Shown: one piece after another, positions 25,887 to 32,000 of the stretch
Layout: each line of letters begins with the position of its first letter
Numbering within the stretch: position 1 is the first letter of the stretch
DNA from: Candidatus Methanoperedens sp. BLZ2
GTDB taxonomy: Archaea > Halobacteriota > Methanosarcinia > Methanosarcinales > Methanoperedenaceae
DNA length: 32,000 nucleotides
NCBI RefSeq assembly: GCF_002487355.1
Contig: NZ_NTMG01000056.1
Span: forward strand, 12,188 to 44,187
Reading direction: 5' to 3'
The notes under the pieces: generated by a model
What the model was told of the DNA's origin: nothing
Database searches by the model: none
Seen by the model: the letters and a program-made list of their open reading frames with translations, nothing else
Program-made: the position numbers and the translations under genes

Positions 25887-27057
25887 ATTTTATTAACTCC
25901 TTGATAGTTGGTTTTTTCCCGTACATTAACAGGCTTGCCCTGAAGATCCTTACAGATATCTCTATAGTAAAGTAGGCTGAAAAAACCAGTACAAATATAC
26001 TGATTATTATTTCATAAAAAGGTACATCTGTTATTGAGAGCCTCATTATCATCGTTATTGGCGATGTGAGTGGAAAAATGCTAAGCGCCTTTGCAAAGAT
26101 TTCATTCGGGTTTGTGACTATGAATTGTGAGAACATAAAGGGAAATGATCCGGTTAATGAAAATATAACTGCTATCTGCTGTCCTTCCCTGGATGTCGTT
26201 GCGATAGCCCCAACGCCTGCCATAATGCCTGCAAAGACTATGTAACCCAGTATAAAATAAATAATCCCGGCTGCCAATAATGGAATAGAAATATGGATCT
26301 GCGAAATGATAAGATAAAGAGCTAAAGGATTAATTAATAATATCACCGCTGCAATTGTCAAATATATAAATACCTGGGTAAGCCCAAGAGCCCCAAGACC
26401 AATGATCTTGCCTGTAAGTAGATCCTTGTGGGAAACAGATGAAAGTATTACTTCCATTATCCTGTTCTCTTTTTCTTCAATAACACTTTGAAGGAGAAAA
26501 CCCGAAGAAGCAAATATGGAGATGGAAAAAAGCATTGAAAATACAAGAGGTAATAATATTATCTCAAATCCGCTGTCTTCGCTTTTTAAACCTTTTTCAT
26601 TCAGGGTGAAATATTCGGGGTCAAGAGGCTTCTTTATTCTCTGAATAATGTCAGAAGGCTCATTCTTTAAGAGATTGTCAAGAAGAAAATTCCTGATCTG
26701 CTCTTCTATCTTCATATTGTCTGCGAAGTTCTTTTTTGAAGAATATATTATGATTTTTCCTGTAGCTGTATAATTTTCGGGAATAACAAAGTAATTCGTG
26801 ATCTTATTGTCAAGAAGGTCTTTTCTTGCAAGATCCTCATCAGTATATTTTGTCAGGTTTGAAGGATCAAAAAGGCCGGTATTGTCAACGTAACCTATCT
26901 TATTTTCCTCATTGTGCCCTCCTATTCCTATTAAAAGGAATGAAAGACCCATTATTGCAAAAATAAACAGCGGAATCACAAATGTAATAAACAGGAATTC
27001 CTTTCGCTTGATATTTGTCAGGTACTCATGTTTAGCTATGATGCGCCACTTGCTCAT
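25870..27057 (-). CDS. ABC-2 family transporter permease
   Basis: 395 aa. N-terminal TM, then a roughly 140-aa extracytoplasmic loop, then 5 or more TM segments. This is typical of NatB/YhaP-like ABC-2 permeases. A 4-nt overlap links it to the upstream ATPase gene. Confidence 0.75.
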   Translation of the reverse strand: MSKWRIIAKHEYLTNIKRKEFLFITFVIPLFIFAIMGLSFLLIGIGGHNEENKIGYVDNTGLFDPSNLTKYTDEDLARKDLLDNKITNYFVIPENYTATGKIIIYSSKKNFADNMKIEEQIRNFLLDNLLKNEPSDIIQRIKKPLDPEYFTLNEKGLKSEDSGFEIILLPLVFSMLFSISIFASSGFLLQSVIEEKENRIMEVILSSVSHKDLLTGKIIGLGALGLTQVFIYLTIAAVILLINPLALYLIISQIHISIPLLAAGIIYFILGYIVFAGIMAGVGAIATTSREGQQIAVIFSLTGSFPFMFSQFIVTNPNEIFAKALSIFPLTSPITMIMRLSITDVPFYEIIISIFVLVFSAYFTIEISVRIFRASLLMYGKKPTIKELIKYVRQG

Positions 27058-27953
27058 GTCCCCTCCACCACCCGGATGAATATTTCATTAAGAGAAGGCA
27101 TTGAAAGCTCGAATTTATTGATCCTGACCATTTCAGCCAGTTTTTTTAAGACCTCAGTCGGATCTGCTCCTGGCTCAAGTATTAATTCAGCATAATTGCC
27201 AGAGTTATTCATTTTTTTGATCCCCTGTATGTTTTTCAGTTCACCTTCGAACTCAAGTAAAACAGTGTTTTTACCGTACCGGGATTTGATCTCCTCAATT
27301 TTCCCGTACAGCACACCTTCTCCTTTATGTATCATGAATATCCTGCTGCACATCCTTTCCACCTGGTCCATCATGTGTGTGCTGATAATAATTGTTTTTC
27401 CCTCTTTTCCAAGTTCCATTATGAGTTCTTTCACGAGTTTCATATTGACAGGATCAAGGCCGCTGAAAGGCTCATCCAGGATTATGAAATCAGGATCATG
27501 GATGATGGCCGCTATTATCTGTATCTTTTGCTGCATCCCCTTGCTGAGTTCAGAGATTTTTTTATCCCTGTGCTGTAACATCCCCATCTTATCAAGAAGA
27601 AATGTAGCTCTTTTTTCTGAATCTATTTCTTTCAGGGCGCCAAGATATGTCAGGGTCTCAAATACCGTGAGTTTTTTATAGAGCCCCCGTTCTTCCGGCA
27701 AATAACCGATCCGGTTTTTTGTTTCCTCGGAAAGCCTGTCATCCAGTATCCTTATTTCTCCTGAATCCGGCCTTATTATATCAAGAAGCATCCGTATTAT
27801 CGTTGTCTTTCCCGCGCCGTTCGGGCCTATAAGCCCGAAGACCTCTCCTTTTGAGATATCAAATGATATGTCCCTGACAACATTCTGCCCGTTGAATGAT
27901 TTAGACAGGTTCAAGACACGAACCGCGTTTTCCATTTTACTCTCCTTTTTCAT
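27054..27953 (-). CDS. ABC transporter ATP-binding protein (ABC-2/DrrA-like)
   Basis: Walker A GPNGAGKTT, signature LSKGMQQKIQIIAAI, Walker B FIILDEPFSGLD, H-loop STHMM. Confidence 0.9.
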   Translation of the reverse strand: MKKESKMENAVRVLNLSKSFNGQNVVRDISFDISKGEVFGLIGPNGAGKTTIIRMLLDIIRPDSGEIRILDDRLSEETKNRIGYLPEERGLYKKLTVFETLTYLGALKEIDSEKRATFLLDKMGMLQHRDKKISELSKGMQQKIQIIAAIIHDPDFIILDEPFSGLDPVNMKLVKELIMELGKEGKTIIISTHMMDQVERMCSRIFMIHKGEGVLYGKIEEIKSRYGKNTVLLEFEGELKNIQGIKKMNNSGNYAELILEPGADPTEVLKKLAEMVRINKFELSMPSLNEIFIRVVEGT

Positions 27954-28627
27954 TCTCCTTTTTCGATCTTACCATCCTTTAACCTGATAATCCTGTCGCA
28001 ATTACCTGCAAGCTCCCGGTCGTGGGTGACCATCAGAATGGTTCTTCCTTCGCTGTGGAGTTTATCAAATATCTGCATTATTTCCTGTCCTGTTTTTGAA
28101 TCAAGATTCCCTGTTGGCTCATCAGCAAGAATGATCTCAGGCTCATTAGCTAAAGCCCGCGCGATCGCGACTCTCTGGCGCTGGCCACCTGAAAGTTCCG
28201 CAGGTTTATGGCCGGATCTCTCCCCAAGACCCAGCAATTCGAGAAGCGTTTTTGCTTTTTTTGCCCTCATCTTTCCGGGGATATCCTGGTAGACCATAGG
28301 CAGTTCCACATTTTTTTGTGCAGTAAGACGCGGGATAAGATTGAATGTCTGGAAAACAAAACCTATCTTTTTCCCGCGTATCCGGGCAAGTTCGATTTCG
28401 GAAAGCTTTGAAATATCCATATCTGCAATAACAATTTTCCCGGATGTAGGTCTGTCAAGGCAGCCGATAATATTCATAAGTGTACTTTTTCCGCTTCCTG
28501 ATGGCCCCATTATTGCAGCGAACTCACCTTCATTGATTGTAAGATTGATATCGTTTAAAACCGGCACTTCGATCTTGCCAAGCAAGTATGATTTTTGGAC
28601 ATTTTCAATATCCAATACTGCCTTCAT
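27950..28627 (-). CDS. ABC transporter ATP-binding protein (MacB/LolD-like)
   Basis: Walker A GPSGSGKST, Q-loop FVFQTFNL, signature LSGGQRQRVAIARAL, Walker B ILADEPTGNLD, H-loop VTHD. Confidence 0.92.
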   Translation of the reverse strand: MKAVLDIENVQKSYLLGKIEVPVLNDINLTINEGEFAAIMGPSGSGKSTLMNIIGCLDRPTSGKIVIADMDISKLSEIELARIRGKKIGFVFQTFNLIPRLTAQKNVELPMVYQDIPGKMRAKKAKTLLELLGLGERSGHKPAELSGGQRQRVAIARALANEPEIILADEPTGNLDSKTGQEIMQIFDKLHSEGRTILMVTHDRELAGNCDRIIRLKDGKIEKGE

Positions 28628-29271
28628 AGGATGCCCATTCCCCTGAAGCCCCAGGCCGTTAAGATTACACTTATGACTAATGGGATTGCAGCAATTATTG
28701 CCGATGAGTTAGTTGATATCTTATGAGCGTTGTGTATGCTAAAATATAAAATAATAGTGGTCCATGCCTGAATTATAATACCAATAAGCGCTAAAGCCAT
28801 AAAAGATGGACTTGAATATAATTCATTCAATGCCATTGGATTGGAAGGTGAGATATTTATTACCCGGGGCTCGATCACTGAATAAATCCCTATGCTGATA
28901 ATTCCATTGAAAATCAGGGGGAGCATGCTGAATCCGACTACTGTCAACATCTGCGGGTAGAGCTTGCCCTCACCACCTGCCGCCATAGACAACAGGTGAA
29001 TTACTCCGGTACCAATTAACCAGATAAGGATCGTTGCGAACAACGCTGCCACAATAGAGGAGAGAGCCATCAGGGATCGCATTGATGTATTATCAAACCC
29101 CTGGATAATATATATGATCTTATTTGATAGTATATATGCTGCGATTGCATTAAGGATCGCATATACCCCTATTATCATTACAGCTTCCTCGATCATGGGC
29201 TGTTCTGCTATTTTTTTTGTTTCGTTGTTCGGGCTTGTTATTGTTCCCACCATCTTATCTATGAAGCTCAT
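28624..29271 (-). CDS. Yip1-like multi-pass membrane protein
   Basis: I prefer the ATG at 29271 (MSFIDKMVGTITSPNNETKKIAEQP...). It lies 14 nt after the upstream stop, whereas the track start at 29382 overlaps the upstream gene by 98 nt. There are five predicted TM stretches. The N-terminal F.D...G.I.SP motif resembles the Yip1/DUF1282 family. Confidence 0.5.
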   Translation of the reverse strand: MSFIDKMVGTITSPNNETKKIAEQPMIEEAVMIIGVYAILNAIAAYILSNKIIYIIQGFDNTSMRSLMALSSIVAALFATILIWLIGTGVIHLLSMAAGGEGKLYPQMLTVVGFSMLPLIFNGIISIGIYSVIEPRVINISPSNPMALNELYSSPSFMALALIGIIIQAWTTIILYFSIHNAHKISTNSSAIIAAIPLVISVILTAWGFRGMGIL

Positions 29272-29284
29272 TAAATTCACCCAA

Positions 29285-29878
29285 TTACTGTTTGATATTT
29301 GTATTTGTGCCTTCTTTCCAGACCTGGACAACTTTTCTTTCATCAGGGTCAACAAGTGCGGAAATACCTCTCCATGAAACACTAAGCAGGGTTTTTGGCA
29401 TGTAGAATTTTTCAGATGTTTTAGGTAATATCCGTTTCACAGAAGGGACACCCGGATTGCTAACCGATACCGATGTGGCCAGATCCCTGTCAGTTAACGC
29501 TATTCCAATAGCATCGTTCCTGTAAGCCGCAGGTATTGCTTCAAGGAGATAGCCTGTCATCAACAAATCATTTTCTTCAAATACAAAATCGTATATATCA
29601 GGAATTTCCGAATCAAGTGTGGTGGCTGTTACCTTGATATCCATCTTATTCTTATCACCATTTGTACTGATATTCACCAGTTCATACTCTGTCTTATAAG
29701 GTGCTATTTCCAGAAATAACAATTCTTCGATTTCTCCAGCGTTATCCGGCCGGTCACCCTGCCACTGGACATTATGTACCCATTCCGGCCTGGCATTTGA
29801 GTTCCCCTGGTCAAGAGCCAGTCCGATACCAAGTGCGAGAATCAGCAATATAATGGTGACTATTATTTTAATATTCAT
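29285..29878 (-). CDS. hypothetical N-terminally membrane-anchored/secreted protein
   Basis: 197 aa. The N-terminal hydrophobic segment is MNIKIIVTIILLILALGIGLAL. No recognised domain. Confidence 0.45.
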   Translation of the reverse strand: MNIKIIVTIILLILALGIGLALDQGNSNARPEWVHNVQWQGDRPDNAGEIEELLFLEIAPYKTEYELVNISTNGDKNKMDIKVTATTLDSEIPDIYDFVFEENDLLMTGYLLEAIPAAYRNDAIGIALTDRDLATSVSVSNPGVPSVKRILPKTSEKFYMPKTLLSVSWRGISALVDPDERKVVQVWKEGTNTNIKQ

Positions 29879-29954
29879 TTTCTAATCTCCATAAGTACTT
29901 TCCTATCAGGGATAGGTCTTTTCACATGCATCCAGGAAAATAAACAGGAGAGGA

Positions 29955-31217
29955 TTACTCCCCTATTTTTATAGAGTATTCAAAACTCTCTGTATTCTTT
30001 GGCAGCACTTTTAGTGTCCACTCACCTATCAAACCTGCTGTCTCATAGGTTTCTAAAAGCTGGGCCCCATTTTCCTGGTATATTCCCTTGCTGTCAAGTT
30101 CCCATGGTGGGATCTGGCCGCCCATATTAACCATACCCTTAATCACTGTCTTTGTGACTTTAAGGTCGGCCTGACCACCGGGCCCAATAAGTGTTGTTTC
30201 AAATGACGGCTCTTTTTTATTTTTTCCTGTTGCTATCCCGTATGGATACCCATAGTTAGAACCGGAGCTTATCTCAATAGTCAGGGGTTTTACCTCTTTC
30301 ATGCTAAAACTCTTCACAAATGGCTCAGATGGCTGTGTCCAGACATTGAAGCTCAACTGGACCCTTCCGTCCCATTCCTGAACCGATGGGTCATCGATAT
30401 TAAGTTTTATGGCCCCGTTATAGTAACCTTTTGCATCTGCGGGAACCTGCACATGGATCTTTACGGTTTCAGTCCCACCAGCAGGAACACTGGCAGGTGA
30501 AGTTATTGTTATTGCATCATCAGTAAAAGCTGGCGCCGCCTGTCCTGGTCCTCCGTAGAACATATTATCGTTACTCATTTTAGGATCGATTTTTATTGCT
30601 TCCGTCCCGATATTCTTGAGTTTTACCTCATAGTCATATCCCTTTCCTGCTTCAAGCATATCGTTTATATACGGTGCCATTATCTGTATCTTTGGCTTAG
30701 TCCATACATCAACTGATAGCTGCAACGCATGAATATAATTAGGGATCGGGCTCGGATATGGCGTTGGCATTGTTTCATCCGTGAATGCTATCTGGACACC
30801 GGAATTACCTATTGATGCATCCTCCGGTACGGTAACTTTAACGGTGAATTTCTGGCTGCCACCTGCTGGTATTTCTGCACTCTCAGGAGTAACCGTGATC
30901 CATTGGGGATCCACATTATATCCGCCGTATGGCGCTGATACTACATTGGGTTTGACGCTAACTGCTTTTTTCTCTTTGTTCCTGAGTGTAATTGTCGTTT
31001 CTTTGTTTTCTCCCGGCATTAACCTGAAATTTGTATATCGGGGAGAAATTTCAATCTTTGTGAAATTAAATGCCTGATCTGGCGCTGGCATCACACCAGC
31101 GGGCATCTTTTCGGCTATAGCAACCTGTTCGACTGTAGTAACCTGTTCGCTTGAAACGGTGCCTGCAAACATTGCAAACACAAGCATACAAGCCAGGATA
31201 CCTGTATATTTATTCAT
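29955..31217 (-). CDS. secreted beta-sandwich (CARDB/NEW3-like) protein
   Basis: 420 aa with signal peptide MNKYTGILACMLVFAMFAGTVSS. Repeated Ig-like modules include GENKETTITLRNKEKKAVSV...VTPESAEIPAGGSQKFTVKVTVPEDASIG and ...ITSPASVPAGGTETVKIHVQVPADAKGYY. A strong SD (taaGGAGGTttaattaaATG) precedes the start. Confidence 0.6.
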   Translation of the reverse strand: MNKYTGILACMLVFAMFAGTVSSEQVTTVEQVAIAEKMPAGVMPAPDQAFNFTKIEISPRYTNFRLMPGENKETTITLRNKEKKAVSVKPNVVSAPYGGYNVDPQWITVTPESAEIPAGGSQKFTVKVTVPEDASIGNSGVQIAFTDETMPTPYPSPIPNYIHALQLSVDVWTKPKIQIMAPYINDMLEAGKGYDYEVKLKNIGTEAIKIDPKMSNDNMFYGGPGQAAPAFTDDAITITSPASVPAGGTETVKIHVQVPADAKGYYNGAIKLNIDDPSVQEWDGRVQLSFNVWTQPSEPFVKSFSMKEVKPLTIEISSGSNYGYPYGIATGKNKKEPSFETTLIGPGGQADLKVTKTVIKGMVNMGGQIPPWELDSKGIYQENGAQLLETYETAGLIGEWTLKVLPKNTESFEYSIKIGE

Positions 31218-31481
31218 TTAATTAAACCTCCTTACTCTTAATTATTTTAACTGGTCTAAAAAAAGACGAGTTTATTCTTTATTGGTGAATGTTAGTAATA
31301 AAACTTATGGTTGAAATACAATTTTCTTCTTTCCTGATATTTAAATAATATAATTGACAGGCAACTTTGAAACAACCAAAACAGCCACCAAAATGAATAA
31401 AACACCTCGTGTATCGATCAATGAAGGGTAGTCATCAAGCAATATTACCAGTATCGAAATAGTAAATACTGCTGCATCCTT

Positions 31482-32000
31482 TTACTTATCTATTTTCTCA
31501 CCAATATTGAATTTAGCCACTTCCACCTGCAATTCATTTGATAATCCTGCAAGTTCCTGGGCTGCATTCACAAGCTGCTCCATAGAAGATGCCTGCTTTT
31601 CCGCGGCTGCTGATGTTTCCTGGGTGCCTGCTGCGGATTGTTCGCTTATGGCTGAAACTTCCTCTACAGTTGCGGTTACCTCTTCAACAGAAGCGGATTG
31701 TTCTTCGGCTGAGGCTGCTATTTCATGGATCATAGATGATACATCTACTGAAGCCTTGACTATATTATTGATCGCTGATACTGTGCCTTCCATTGTCTTT
31801 GTTCCTTCCTCAACGGTCTTTGTGCCTTTTTCCATTGCCAGTACAGCCTGTTTCGTACCCTCCTGGATCTCTTTTATCAATCCGGTAATCTGGTTCGCGG
31901 CACTTCTTGACTCTTCTGCCAGTTTTCTGACTTCATCAGCCACTACTGCAAAACCCCTGCCATGTTCTCCTGCACGTGCAGCTTCTATCGCAGCGTTCAA
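31482..32000 (-). CDS. methyl-accepting chemotaxis protein, C-terminal signalling domain (5' part outside the window)
   Basis: It contains the invariant MCP hairpin tip, [26 protein letters not shown], and methylation-helix heptads. The apparent start at 32000 is only a TTG at the window edge. Confidence 0.9.
   Translation of the reverse strand: MNAAIEAARAGEHGRGFAVVADEVRKLAEESRSAANQITGLIKEIQEGTKQAVLAMEKGTKTVEEGTKTMEGTVSAINNIVKASVDVSSMIHEIAASAEEQSASVEEVTATVEEVSAISEQSAAGTQETSAAAEKQASSMEQLVNAAQELAGLSNELQVEVAKFNIGEKIDK

Noticed and set aside
28624-29382. 252-aa version of the Yip1-like ORF, and the 427-aa version of the nuclease ORF (start at 10074).
   Set aside because: Both long versions overlap the upstream gene by 50-100 nt with non-homologous leader peptides. 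Internal ATGs at 29271 and 10002 give non-overlapping genes with plausible N-termini.

Overview
This window looks like a chromosomal segment of a euryarchaeon of the Methanosarcinales type. That is an inference from archaeal markers: KEOPS Cgi121, GTP cyclohydrolase MptA, a FlaD/E-type domain, a Csa3/cas_HTH regulator and COG1361 S-layer-like proteins. GC is roughly 40% by eye. The left third holds housekeeping genes (PPOX-family flavoprotein, mptA, mutL, cgi121) and a MamK-like actin gene tightly coupled to a FlaD/E-domain coiled-coil gene. At the very left edge is a TIR-domain gene that the supplied ORF track misses. The centre holds a complete bacterial-style type I-E CRISPR-Cas locus on the minus strand (cas3-cas8e-cse2-cas7-cas5-cas6e-cas1-cas2-leader-array) with 25 repeats of 29 bp and 24 spacers of exactly 32 bp. 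The locus has four notable features: a divergently transcribed Csa3-like CARF-wHTH gene, a sharp compositional break between the adaptation and interference modules, a wHTH gene remnant truncated exactly at the trailer repeat, and a Zn-knuckle/PD-(D/E)xK nuclease gene just beyond it. Right of the locus is a decayed accessory patch with gene fragments, a 144-bp direct repeat flanking one gene, and an HD-domain ORF with no start codon. This is followed by an eight-gene, largely translationally coupled operon that combines two different ABC systems with secreted beta-sandwich proteins, and then a partial MCP gene. All protein-family calls rest on motif recognition by eye and on remembered reference sequences. 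No database search was run.
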